This document shows positions 13,908 to 27,383 of a stretch of DNA of 64,000 nt, piece after piece. This DNA is from Eledone cirrhosa. Its lineage: Eukaryota. The notes below the pieces were generated by a model, which was given only the letters and a program-made list of their open reading frames with translations, had not been told where the DNA came from and did no database searches. The position numbers and the translations under genes were made by a program. Position 1 is the stretch's first letter. Each line of letters starts with the position of its first letter. Where the stretch lies: assembly GCA_964016885.1 (NCBI GenBank), contig CAXHJY010001545.1:1-64000 (forward strand), read 5' to 3'.

Positions 13908-14332
13908 TCATCATCATCATCATCGTTTAACGTCCATCTTCCACGCTTGCATGGTTTGGACGGGAGTTTTCCTGCTCGTATAGGACTGTCTGGCGGGTTT
14001 TCTACGGCTGGATGCCCTTCCTAACACCAGCCACGTTTACAGTGTGGACTGGGAGGTTTTTACCGTGTTACCTACACGGCCACATTACAGCGTGGACTGT
14101 GTGTTTTTTTGTCGTGACACCTACACGTCTGGCGGGTTTTCTACGTTTGGGTGTCCTTCCTAACACCAACCACGTTTACAGTGTGGACTGGGAGGTTTTT
14201 ACTGTGTTACCTACACGGCCACATTACAGCGTGGACTGTGTTTTTTTGTCGTGACACCTTCACGACCTCATTTGTTTCGGACTGGATGTTGTGGTACCAA
14301 TATAACTTCACATTTAAGGGGGTGTATTTTTG
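13908..14332 (-). mobile_element. RTE subfamily-B 3' UTR-like element with an internal tandem duplication
   Basis: Reverse complement of ~54400-54850, with a (CAT)n tail at ~13908-13924. The ~140 bp AGGAAGGGCATCC module is duplicated. Confidence 0.85.
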
Positions 14333-14685
14333 TTATATATATATATATATATATATAAATAAGACCGTTATCTCTCCAGCCAGTCTATTCACCATCAATA
14401 ACTACCCTATATATATATATATATAAATAAGACCGGTATCTCTCCAGCCAGTCTATTCACCATCAATAACTACCCTATATATATATATACAAACAAGCAA
14501 GTAGGGCCATCAAATACATAAATCCGATTTACATAGATATACCTAGAACACACGCAAAGCAATCATCAAATCTAAACTGGTAAATAATACACTCCTTAAA
14601 ACAGCCAATTACAAATTAAATGTCTGTATTAGAACTAAGACATCCTCCATAATCCCTACCCCAGATATCATCTATATTTACCAAT

Positions 14686-14735
<50 letters not shown>

Positions 14736-14899
14736 TATACATATATCATCATTTTATGTCCACTTCCTGGAATGGGATGAATGGACTGTTACAGTCTAAG
14801 ACCGGACATCTTGTTTATACATTCCATATTTGGGTTTCTATGGATGGATGATTTTCAAAATGCCAACCACTTTGCATATATATATATATACATATATAT

Positions 14900-15105
14900 A
14901 AGTGATGAGGATGAAGATGATGGTAATGATTAGTATGATGAAGATAAGGATGGTAATGATGGTGATGGTAGTGATGATAATGATGATGATAAGGATGGTA
15001 ATGATGGTGATGGTAATGATGATAATGATGGTGATGGTAGTGATGATAATGATGATGATAAGGATTGTAATGATAAAGATGAAGTGTTGATGGTGATAAT
15101 GATAA
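14900..15105. repeat. Degenerate (GAT)n/(ATG)n trinucleotide repeat
   Basis: Seen directly. It accounts for the His-rich and Met-rich ORFs in the track. Confidence 0.85.
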
Positions 15106-15313
15106 AAGCGTATGGTTCTCAGCAGCCAGTGTATGTGTGTGAAAATGAGTCAATTATTGATTAATTACAACTTTCTGTAAAAGCAATGTCACAACTGGAC
15201 TCTTAGTCACGCCTGGTTGCTGATTTACAGTTGTAAACACTAAAATATATGATGGTAACCTTGGTTACTACTTTCATCTCAGAGATTTTCTGACAATACT
15301 TTAGTTCATACAT

Positions 15314-15348
<35 letters not shown>

Positions 15349-15381
15349 GTTTATACATACACGCACACATATATATATATA

Positions 15382-15666
15382 CAGACCGGGTGTTGTGTTG
15401 TTTCCTTGAGCAAGACACTTTATTTCACATTACTCCAGTTTACTCAGCTGTAGAAATGAGATGATAGGGACTGGGGTCCCTATCATTCCACTGCAAAGTG
15501 GTCGTGGAGGTGCCACAACAATAAAGCACCCAGCACTCACTGTAAATGAGGTTGGTGTTAGGAAGGGCATCCAGCTGTAGAAATCAAGCCAGAATCAGTT
15601 TCCGTCCTACCCTTGCAAGCAGGGAAAAAGCGGATGTAAAATGAAATGATGATGATGATGATGATA
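15382..15666 (+). mobile_element. 5'-truncated CORE-type SINE with RTE-derived 3' half
   Basis: Matches 47235-47500: TTCCTTGAGCAAGACACTTT, AGGAAGGGCATCCAGCTGTAGAAA, and a (GAT)n tail. Confidence 0.85.
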
Positions 15667-15780
15667 TATATATTGAAAGAGAGGGAAGGGATAGAAAGAG
15701 AGAGAGAGAGAAAGAGAGATGTGTTAAATCCCAACCATGGGTTCAAGAGGTTTCGGCATATATATACATAAGTTTATACC

Positions 15781-16100
15781 ATCATCATCAACATTTTTAC
15801 GCCCGTTTTTCCACACTTGCATGGGTTGGACAGGTCCCTCCCACATTTCTTCATCTCCTCTGTGAGTCTTAGTGATTCGAAGTCAGCTCTCGCCACCTCT
15901 GCCCAGGTCTTTCTTGGTCTTCCTCTATTTCAGCTTCCTTCCATTGGGATTTCCTGGCATTTCTTCACCCATCCGTCATTGTCCATAACAATGCAGTCTT
16001 CTCACCTGCACACCACTTCAGATTCCTCTTAAACTCAACTTCTCCCTCAACTCATCAAAGCTCTGCCATTCTATCACACTTAGATTATACATCCAATGAA
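15781..16100 (-). mobile_element. Old RTE 3'-end fragment
   Basis: Reverse complement of the family at 46035..46490 (GRPRKTWAEV-like translation, (GAT)n tail). Confidence 0.75.
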
Positions 16101-16354
16101 GAGAGAGAGATAGGAATAAAACATAGTGATCAGCAGATAATGAGAGAATGAGGAGCAGAAGTTTGCTCAAATAATTTATATAGAAACTGCCTTCATTTGC
16201 ACAAACAATATCCTGTTAAATCTATCAGTGGGAAAATATATATTGATGGATAAATCAGATTCCATCATGGACTGAAACTATTTATAAATCATATCTAATT
16301 AACTTTCTTAATTACACACAGACAGACACACACACAAACACAGACCACCACCAC

Positions 16355-16620
16355 CATCATCATTTAATGTCCATTTTCTTTCCACACTAGCATGGGTTAG
16401 ATGGGTTATCCTGTTTGAGGTAAGTCGGGTCAGGTGACCATGTCTTGCTCATACAGAATTGTTTCTGGCTTGGTTTCTACGGCTGGATGCCCTTCCTAAC
16501 GGCAACTACATTAACAGTGTGGACTGGGTGCTTTTTGTCATGGCACCTACACAACCACTTTACAATGTGGACTGGGTGTTTTTGTCATGATACCTACATG
16601 ATCACTTTACAGTGTGAGGT
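16355..16620 (-). mobile_element. RTE 3' UTR / SINE-tail copy
   Basis: Similar to 153-420 (GGCTGGATGCCCTTCCTAAC, repeated cactttacagtgtggactggg units). Confidence 0.75.
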
Positions 16621-16745
16621 GTTAAAACAGGGGTGGGACGTTAGGACGTGGGTGGGGTGTTAGGACGTGCAAGTGGGGAGAAACGTGGAGAAATGGAGGG
16701 GTATTAATTAGATGAGCTCTCTTGAAGACATCAATTATAACTTAC

Positions 16746-16898
16746 CTGCATCATGTGCTCTATTTCGTTAATGACCTCATCAGCAGTAGCCACATGGCCT
16801 TCATCTGTGTTAAGACTAGAAATAATCAGAGAGTGCATATCAAAGGCTTCTGCCAGTTCATCATCGTCAGGTAAATCCAGATCAGTTGTATCTGTTTC
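16746..16898 (-). CDS. unc-76: FEZ/UNC-76 family internal coding exon (153 bp, phase 0-0)
   Basis: Minus strand: ttttgcag | ETDTTDLDLPDDDELAEAFDMHSLIISSLNTDEGHVATADEVINEIEHMMQ | gtaag. This matches the conserved FEZ block DMHS.I.S......TA..VI.EIE.MMQ. Too short for the ORF track. Confidence 0.92.
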
Positions 16899-16928
16899 CT
16901 GCAAAATAAATGATAAAGAAATAGTTAT

Positions 16929-18830
16929 TTGTGATATAATAAGGCTACATTAAGTTGTAATATAATGAGGCTACATTAAGTTGTAATATAATGAGGCTAC
17001 ATTAAGTTGTAATATAATGAGGCTACATTAAGTTGTAATATAATGAGGCTACATTAAGTTGTAATATAATGAGGCTACATTAAGTTGTAATATAATGAGG
17101 CTACATTAAGTTGTAATATAATGAGGCTACATTTAGTTGTAATATAATGAGGCTACATTTAGTTGTAATATAATAAGGCTACATTAAATTGTAATATAAT
17201 AAGGCTACATTAAATTGTAATATAATAAGGCTACATTAAGTTGTAATATAATAAGGCTACATTAAGTTGTAATATAATAAGGCTACATTAAGTTGTAATA
17301 TAATAAGGCCACATTAAGTTGTAATATAATAAGGCCACATTAAGTTGTAATATAATAAGGCCACATTAAGTTGTGATATAATAAGGCCACATTAAGTTGT
17401 GATATAATAAGGCCACATTAAGTTGTGATATAATGAGGCCACATTAAGTTGTGATATAATGAGGCTACATTAAGTTGTGATATAATGAGGCTACATTAAG
17501 TTGTAATATAATAAGGTCACATTAAGTTGTGATATAATAAGGCCACATTAAGTTGTAATATAATAAGGCCACATTAAGTTGTGATATAATAAGGCCACAT
17601 TAAGTTGTGATATAATAAGGCCACATTAAGTTGTGATATAATAAGGCCACATTAAGTTGTGATATAATAAGGCCACATTAAGTTGTAATATAATAAGGCC
17701 ACATTAAGTTGTGATATAATGAGGCTACATTAAGTTGTAATATAATAAGGCTACATTAAGTTGTAATGTAATAAGGCTACATTAAGTTGTAATGTAATAA
17801 GGCTACATTAAGTTGTAATATAATAAGGCCACATTAAGTTGTGATATAATGAGGCTACATTAAGTTGTAATATAATAAGGCTACATTAAGTTGTAATGTA
17901 ATAAGGCTACATTAAGTTGTAATATAATAAGGCTACATTAAGTTGTAATATAATAAGGCCACATTAAGTTGTGATATAATGAGGCTACATTAAGTTGTAA
18001 TATAATAAGGCTACATTAAGTTGTAATGTAATAAGGCTACATTAAGTTGTAATGTAATAAGGCTACATTAAGTTGTAATATAATAAGGCTACATTAAGTT
18101 GTAATATAATAAGGCTACATTAAGTTGTAATATAATAAGGCTACATTAAGTTGTAATATAATAAGGCTACATTAAGTTGTAATATAATAAGGCTACATTA
18201 AGTTGTAATATAATAAGGCTACATTAAGTTGATATAATAAGGCCACATTAAGTTGATATAATAAGGCCACATTAAGTTGATATAATAAGGCCACATTAAG
18301 TTGTGATATAATAAGGCCACATTAAGTTGTGATATAATAAGGCCACATTAAGTTGTGATATAATAAGGCCACATTAAGTTGTAATATAATAAGGCCACAT
18401 TAAGTTGTGATATAATAAGGCCACATTAAGTTGTGATATAATAAGGCCACATTAAGTTGTGATATAATAAGGCCACATTAAGTTGTGATATAATAAGGCC
18501 ACATTAAGTTGATATAATAAGGCCACATTAAGTTGTGATATAATAAGGCCACATTAAGTTGTGATATAATAAGGCCACATTAAGTTGTGATATAATAAGG
18601 CCACATTAAGTTGTGATATAATAAGGCCACATTAAGTTGTGATATAATAAGGTCCATTAAGGTGTAATATAATAAGGCTACATTAAGTTGTAATATAATA
18701 AGGCCACATTAAGTTGTGATATAATAAGGCTACATTAAGTTGTAATATAATAAGGCTACATTAAGTTGTAATATAATGATTTCTAGTATTAAGTTGTAAA
18801 ATAATAAGGCCACATTAAGTTACTTGTGGT
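16929..18830. repeat. 26-bp minisatellite, ~70 copies
   Basis: Unit TTGT(A/G)ATATAAT(A/G)AGGC(T/C)ACATTAAG. Period confirmed by 5 units = 130 bp. Confidence 0.97.
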
Positions 18831-19122
18831 ATAATAAGGCCGCATTCAGGAAACCTTAATTATATATTCTTAAAATCTATTTCATTTTGTAAAAATCTAA
18901 TTATGTATTAATTATCTAAAAACGAAGTCAATCAGGAATATAATGAACATTCTAGAATCACATTAGAACTAAAACATGAGCATAGAAAGTGCTGAAATGT
19001 TCCTTATGATCTCCTAATTCTTTAATTCTGACTGTCTGTCAGTGTGGATTATTTCATTGAATTTTCTTTTACTCTTTGGTATTTAAAATATGATTATCTT
19101 ATAGTTTAAATTAAAATAAGAG
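18822..19122 (+). repeat. Unclassified dispersed repeat, with an inverted copy at 35360..35775
   Basis: cattctagaatcacattagaactaaaac...gtttaaattaaaataag is the reverse complement of 35360-35540, and the two copies also share a terminus. Confidence 0.8.
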
Positions 19123-19184
19123 ATAAACAAAAATATATTAATAAAGAAAAAAATGGGTTGGTAATTTTCTATTCTTTCAAAAGG

Positions 19185-19545
19185 CAACACAGAATAGTAT
19201 AGAAGATCACATGTAGCCTTAAGGCCACACAGAATAGCATGGAAGACCACATAGGGCCTTAAGGCCACACAGCATAGCATAGAAGACCACATAGGGCCTT
19301 AAGGCCACACAGCATAGCATAGAAGACTACCTAGAGCCTTAAGGCCACACAGCATAGCATAGAAGACCACATAGGGCCTTAAGGCCACACAGCATAGCAT
19401 AAAAGACTACCTAGGGCCTTGAGGCCACATAGGGCCTTAAGGCCACACAGAATGGCATAGAAGACCACATAGGGCCTTAAGGCCACACAGAATGTCATAG
19501 AAGACCACATAGAGCCTTAAGGCCACACAGAATGGCATAGAAGGC
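19185..19545. repeat. 40-bp minisatellite, ~8-9 copies
   Basis: Unit CTTAAGGCCACACAGCATAGCATAGAAGACCACATAGGGC. Confidence 0.92.
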
Positions 19546-20094
19546 TGCAGGTTCCCCATCTCTGTTTTAGAAGATTAATTTTCAACAGCTAGTTAGCACA
19601 ATAGAAACATCCCATTATTAATTTTATAAATTTTCTCACTAATCTGATTAAAAAACATAGAACAAACTCTTTACAAATAAATAATCAATTCTATAAAAAT
19701 AATTTCATTAAATTGAGGTAAATAATAAGCAGTTTTTTGTTTACTAGTAAAATAAACATAATTTCAAGAACCCAAAATACTGTTTTGTGTCACATGATAG
19801 ACACTATATTCACCATTTGATGTTTGTCACAAGCTGGATATCTATATACTTATAAAAAGGAAGTGCTTTTGTTTGTAAGTTGACCACTAATAACACTAAA
19901 TAACATTGAAAATAATTAAGGTTGTTCATGGGTTTTCAATTAATCTGTCCTCCAACAGGCCCACTGTCAAATTATTTTCTGAAAACGAAATGGTGGTGGT
20001 GTGTGTGTGGGGTGGGGGTTGAGTTCTTTGTAACTTTCAGTTTTATTATTGACCAATTCAATAGTTTCTTCACATTAATATCTTAATATGAAGG

Positions 20095-20380
20095 TATACA
20101 GACTAGAGGCATTAGAGTGTTGGGCTCAAGTCAAGATCATTATAGTGTAGGTTCAATTCCTGGGCATGGTGGGAGTACTGTTTCTTGAGCAAAATACTTC
20201 ATTTCACCAGTCAACTCAGCTGAAAATGAGTACCAACAGTTTGAGTTGGGGTGAGTGGTAAATCCTGAATGTTTTGTCAGCCAGTCCAGGATAGTGACTT
20301 ATACTCTCGGTTGTTTAATGCCAATGAAACCAGAAAAACCACTGGCCTAATATTTGTTTTGGCTTGGGACTGACTTTAAT
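20095..20380 (+). mobile_element. Diverged CORE-type tRNA SINE
   Basis: B-box GGTTCAATTCC, then TTCTTGAGCAAAATACTT...CAACTCAGCTGAAAATGAGTACC. Confidence 0.6.
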
Positions 20381-20639
20381 ATTTTAAATTAAAATGCAGA
20401 AGACCACAGATGGGTGGAGGTGGTGAAAGCTGACCTCAGATTGTTGAAGCTCACAGAGGAGAGGATGAAGGACCATGACAAATGGAGAGATGTGCTGAAG
20501 AGGACCCATTCCACCCGCATAAGCAGGGAAAAGTGGATGTAAAATGATGATAATGATATACAATTTCAATACTTTTCTTAATTAAGCAAAATATTGTAAT
20601 GATTCAACTTTTTAATCAGTTTCTTTAGTCAATAACTTT

Positions 20640-20975
20640 GATCTGAGGGAAGAGTGGCGAAGATCATGGAATGAGTCCAAATTTGCCAACCAAGACTTCA
20701 TCCAGGACCCAACATCTAAACTAACCAGCTTTGACCATCCCAGAAAACAATGGGCATCCCTTAATCAGATCTGCAAAACACATGTCAGGACAACTCAGCA
20801 TGTGACTGTGGGGACCCTGACCAGACAGTACTGCATGTTGTTCAGGATTGCTCCCTCAAACGTTTTCCCTGACAGCTTGGAGACAATCCATATTACTACA
20901 AATGATGTGTTGGTCTGACTCGCTAGTCTCAACCTGTGTCTCTAACTATTGTGTACATGTCATATGACAAAAAAA
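20640..20975 (+). mobile_element. Degenerate I-group (Vingi/Ingi-like) LINE 3' end
   Basis: Manual translation gives EEWRRSW...FDHPRKQWASLNQI...CDCGDPDQTVLHVVQDC, a C-terminal CCHC-type motif, with frameshifts. Confidence 0.6.
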
Positions 20976-21330
20976 GAAGTCAGTTTCTTAACTTATTTGG
21001 ATTTAATGCATTTTGTTCCTTTTGAAGACTTCAGTTTTCCTGTTTCACAGGGTCTTTCTTAATTTTATCAGGTAATAATACAAAGATACATTTTTTTCTT
21101 ATTTTGTTTTTATTGTTTAGTCAGGAAGGGAAGTAGAAGGAAGATATGGTGGAGAGGACCAAGCCAACCCATACAAACATGGAGGAAAGATATAAAACAG
21201 TGATGATATTGTTGTACATCTTACAGTTATATTACACTCAACAAAAATGAGAATACCACCACATAACTAACATCTGGGGAGAAAATAACATGAAATCATT
21301 TAATATATATACTGTAGTATATATATATAT

Positions 21331-21957
21331 GTTTCTTTTATTTGCCACTAGGGCATCAAAAGTGGGACAAGTACAAAGGGGGGAGTTTACACAAAAAGGC
21401 GTCCTCAATAAGGAGGAGGCAATAACAAAATATAAAAATAAAATAAGATATAACAAAAAATAAAATTTATAACAAAATCCTCAATAGAGAGGAGGCGCCT
21501 TGGGGGGTCGCACACACCCCCGAAAAAAGTGTGCAACCCTTCTCCTCAGGAGCACAGAGAAGGGGTGCTCCCTTGGTCTTTCATCTTCCTCACCTATAGT
21601 CTGATGTAGAGTGAAGGCCCATTCACACAGGCCATTCTCGCCACTTTCACCCATCTTTCATAGAAACGGCTGGGGTGCAGCACCTCTCTCTCCATCCTGA
21701 TCCTTCTTCCGAAATGATATCGGAAGAAACGGACCAGTTGTTGGCCAGAGAGAAAGGTGCCTGACCTCAGTCCTTTCAGACGCGTCCACCATACAACCTC
21801 TTTCGCCATGGCTATTACGCACAGAAACACCGCCTCTGCTTCATCTTTGAAGGGGGGAGGCGGCTTGATCATTACAATAGACTCGGTGGTCAACCGGATC
21901 GGTCCCACCCTTGACAGCAGTTGTTCGACATAGCCCCACAGATCGGCTACGCCCGAG
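21331..21957 (-). mobile_element. Tx1/L1-clade LINE 3' end (ORF2 C-terminus + 3' UTR), 5'-truncated, inserted in TA repeats
   Basis: VADLWGYVEQLL...AMAKEVVWWTR...FYERW is typical of the post-zinc-knuckle tail of L1/Tx1 ORF2. The T-rich UTR ends AATAAAAGAAAC followed by (AT)n. Confidence 0.75.
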
Positions 21958-22096
21958 ATATATAGTTACATATATATGGCTGAAATTTTCCCACTAAAAT
22001 ACATGGAAAACCAGTATACAACTTATCTACTGGATTTGTAAAGACCCAATCTGAAGTATATGGCACATTGTAAAAATTATATGTAAAATGGAGTTG

Positions 22097-22126
<30 letters not shown>

Positions 22127-22134
<8 letters not shown>

Positions 22135-22600
22135 AATAACAGGAGGCTGGATTGGTGTAATTCCTTAAAAGGTTTATTATACTATGATCATTTCAGTGAC
22201 CGGGTTCAGTATGAATCCAGTGACATCATCAGGTATTCGAAATATAACAAAGGAATATAATAGACAAAATCCATGGGGCTGAAAATCAGAGACATGTTCG
22301 GCCGCCCTCATGTCTCAGATTTTCAGCCCCATGGAGGATTTTGTCTATTATATTCCTTTGTTATATTTCGAATACCTGATGATGTCACTGGATTCATACT
22401 GAACCCGGTCACTGAAATGATCATAGTATAAACCTTTTAAGGAATTACACCAGTCCAGCCACCTGTTATTTTATAATAATTAACTCCGTACTCGCACCAC
22501 CAACTACACAAACGAAGACCGGTGAGTTGCATTACGTCGAGTGCTCTCCATAATATTACATTCAGTTCTATCCAGTGGTGAACCAACAAATCTAAATAAA
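22127..22600. mobile_element. Fold-back element (~170 bp arms, 12-nt loop) containing a degenerate hammerhead; probable PLE pLTR remnant
   Basis: 22127-22296 is the near-perfect reverse complement of 22309-22478. The + arm contains atac CTGATGA-stem II-GAAA tga TC (22372-22429). Confidence 0.8.
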
Positions 22601-23116
22601 TATATATATATATAACACAACTCCATTTTGCATATATATACACACGGGCATATATATATATATATAGGAAAATAGTCAGGCCCCTGACGGCTGAGCTCCG
22701 TCCATTTCGACAGCCAGATTCGAACTAAGCCACCAGTATTAGAACGGCGGGAATCTAGCTGAACTTATCAAAGGCATGCAGTCAAAAGAAAAAAAGTAGA
22801 AATATCAAAGCAAAAAATCCTAAAAATTGTTGTTTTTCTTGAGGGAGTGGTCAATGATCTGGGATATCAATCAAGTACAAAGTTAAATCCCTTCATACCA
22901 GGAGGGTGGGTGGGGGGGGGGGGGGTAAACAGCCTGACGAACAAAGGGGAGGGAGTAAGAAGACTGTCTGACCCGTGGAGAATTCTATACAACTATATTT
23001 TGGAATGAAATGGATAAGAGAGAGCTTTTGAAAATATGAGAACTAAAAACAGATCTCCTCAAGGGATATAATATGAGATGTAGACAAATTTATTTAGAGA
23101 TTAACTCCAGGACAAA

Positions 23117-26100
23117 CAATATAGTGTCAAGTATTACATATGCATATATTATTTAGACATAAATAGAATATAGCATTATTAAGTATTACACACACACAGA
23201 ATATAGCATCAAGTATTACACACACAGAATATAGCATTAAGTATTACACACACAGAATATAGCATTAAGTATTACACACACAGAATATAGCATTAAGTAT
23301 TACACACACAGAATATAGCATTAAGTATTACACACACAGAATATAGCATTAAGTATTACACACACAGAATATAGCATTAAGTATTACAGACACAGAATAT
23401 AGCATTAAGTATTACAGACACAGAATATAGCATTAAGTATTACACACACACAGAATATAGCATCAAGTATTACACACACACAGGATATAGCATTAAGTAT
23501 TACACACACAGGATATAGCATCAAGTATTACACACACAGAATATAGCATTAAGTATTACAGACACAGAATATAGCATTAAGTATTACACACACAGAATAT
23601 AGCATTAAGTATTACAGACACAGAATATAGCATTAAGTATTACAGACACAGAATATAGCATTAAGTATTACACACACACAGAATATAGCATCAAGTATTA
23701 CACACACACAGGATATAGCATTAAGTATTACACACACAGGATATAGCATCAAGTATTACACACACAGAATATAGCATTAAGTATTACACACACAGAATAT
23801 AGCATTAAGTATTACACACACAGAATATAGCATCAAGTATTACACACACACACAGGATATAGCATCAAGTATTACACACACATAATATAGCATTAAGTAT
23901 TACACACACAGAATATAGCATTAAGTATTACAGACACACAGAATATAGCATTAAGTATTACACATACACAGAATATAGCATTAAGTATTACACACACAGA
24001 ATATAGCATTAAGTATTACACACACAGAATATAGCATTAAGTATTACACACACACAGAATATAGCATTAAGTATTACATACACACAGGATATAACATTAA
24101 GTATTACACACACACACAAGATATAACATTAAGTATTACACACACACACAAGATATAACATTAAGTATTACACACACAGAATATAGCATTAAGTATTACA
24201 CACACAGAATATAGCATTAAGTATTACACATACACAGAATATAGCATTAAGTATTACACACACAGAATATAGCATTAAGTATTACACACACAGAATATAG
24301 CATTAAGTATTACATACACACAGAATATAGCATCAAGTATTACACACACAGAATATAGCATTAAGTATTACACACACAGAATATAGCATCAAGTATTACA
24401 CACACACACAGGATATAGCATCAAGTATTACACACACAGAATATAGCATTAAGTATTACACACACAGAATATAGCATTAAGTATTACACACAGAATATAG
24501 CATTAAGTATTACACACACAGAATATAGCATTAAGTATTACACACACAGAATATAGCATTAAGTATTACACACACAGAATATAGCATTAAGTATTACACA
24601 CACAGAATATAGCATTAAGTATTACACATACACAGAATATAGCATTAAGTATTACACACACAGAATATAACATTAAGTATTACATACACACAGAATATAG
24701 CATTAAGTATTACACACACACAAGATATAACATTAAGTATTACACACAGAATATAGCATCAAGTATTACACACACACACACAGGATATAGCATCAAGTAT
24801 TACACACACAGAATATAGCATTAAGTATTACACACACAGAATATAGCATTAAGTATTACACACACAGAATATAGCATTAAGTATTACACACACAGAATAT
24901 AGCATTAAGTATTACACACAGAATATAGCATTAAGTATTACACACACAGAATATAGCATTAAGTATTACACACACAGAATATAGCATTAAGTATTACACA
25001 CACAGGATATAGCATTAAGTATTACACACACAGAATATAGCATTAAGTATTACACACACAGAATATAGCATTAAGTATTACACACACAGAATATAGCATT
25101 AAGTATTACACACACAGAATATAACATTAAGTATTACACACACAGAATATAGCATTAAGTATTACACACAGAATATAACATTAAGTATTACAAACACAGA
25201 ATATAACATTAAGTATTACACACACAGAATATAGCATTAAGTATTACACACACAGGATATAGCATTAAGTATTACACACACACAGGATATAGCATTAAGT
25301 ATTAACACACACAAGATATAACATTAAGTATTACACACACAGAATATAGCATTAAGTATTACACACACAGAATATAGCATTAAGTATTACACACACAAGA
25401 TATAGCATTAAGTATTACATACACACAGAATATAGCATTAAGTATTACATACACACAGAATATAGCATTAAGTATTACATACACACAGGATATAACATTA
25501 AGTATTACACACACACGAGATATAACATTAAGTATTACACACACACAAGATATAACATTAAGTATTACACACACAGAATATAACATTAAGTATTACACAC
25601 ACAGAATATAGCATTAAGTATTACACACACAGGATATAGCATTAAGTATTACATACACACAGAATATAGCATTAAGTATTACATACACACAGGATATAAC
25701 ATTAAGTATTACACACACACGAGATATAACATTAAGTATTACACACACACAAGATATAACATTAAGTATTACACACACAGAATATAACATTAAGTATTAC
25801 ACACACAGAATATAGCATTAAGTATTACACACACAGGATATAGCATTAAGTATTACATACACACAGAATATAGCATTAAGTATTACATACACACAGGATA
25901 TAACATTAAGTATTACACACAGAATATAGCATCAAGTATTACACACACATAATATAGCATTAAGTATTACACACACAGAATATAGCATTAAGTATTACAT
26001 ACACACAGAATATAGCATTAAGTATTACACACACACAAGATATAACATTAAGTATTAACACACACAAGATATAACATTAAGTATTACACACACAGAATAT

Positions 26101-27383
26101 AACATTAAGTATTACACACACAGAATATAACATTAAGTATTACACACACAGAATATAACATTAAGTATTACACACACATAATATAGCATTAAGTATTACA
26201 CACACACAGAATATAGCATTAAGTATTACACACACAGAATATAGCATTAAGTATTACACACACACACACAGAATATAACATTAAGTATTACACACACACA
26301 CAGAGAATATAACATTAAGTATTACACACACACAGAATATAGCATTAAGTATTACACACACAGAATATAGCATTAAGTATTACACACACAGAATATAGCA
26401 TTAAGTATTACACACACACAGAATATAGCATTAAGTATTACACACACAGAAAATAGCATTAAGTATTACACACACAGAATATAGCATTAAGTATTACACA
26501 CACAGAATATAGCATTAAGTATTACACACACAGAATATAGCATTAAGTATTACACACACATAATATAGCATTAAGTATTACACACACACAGAATATAGCA
26601 TTAAGTATTACATACACACAGGATATAACATTAAGTATTACACACACACAAGATATAACATTAAGTATTACACACACAGAATATAGCATTAAGTATTACA
26701 CACACAGAATATAGCATTAAGTATTACACACACAGAATATAGCATTAAGTATTACACACACAGAATATAGCATTAAGTATTACACACACAGAATATAGCA
26801 TTAAGTATTACACACACAGAATATAGCATTAAGTATTACACACACAGAATATAGCATTAAGTATTACACACAGAATATAGCATTAAGTATTACACACACA
26901 GGATATAGCATTAAGTATTACACACACAGAATATAGCATTAAGTATTACACACACAGAATATAGCATTAAGTATTACACACACAGAATATAGCATTAAGT
27001 ATTACACACACAGAATATAACATTAAGTATTACACACACAGAATATAACATTAAGTATTACACACACAGAATATAACATTAAGTATTACACACACAGAAT
27101 ATAACATTAAGTATTACACACACATAATATAGCATTAAGTATTACACACACACAGAATATAGCATTAAGTATTACACACACAGAATATAGCATTAAGTAT
27201 TACACACACAGAATATAGCATTAAGTATTACACACACAGAATATAGCATTAAGTATTACACACACACACAGAGAATATAACATTAAGTATTACACACACA
27301 GAATACAACTAAGTATTACACACACACAGAATATAACTAAGTATTACACACACAGAATATAACTAAGTATTACACACACAGAA
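23117..27383. repeat. ~28-bp minisatellite with variable internal (CA)n, ~150 copies
   Basis: Unit GAATATAGCATTAAGTATTA(CA)3-7. Confidence 0.97.

Noticed and set aside
14815-15153. His-rich 112-aa ORF
   Set aside because: Reverse translation of a degenerate (GAT)n repeat. No splice or homology support.
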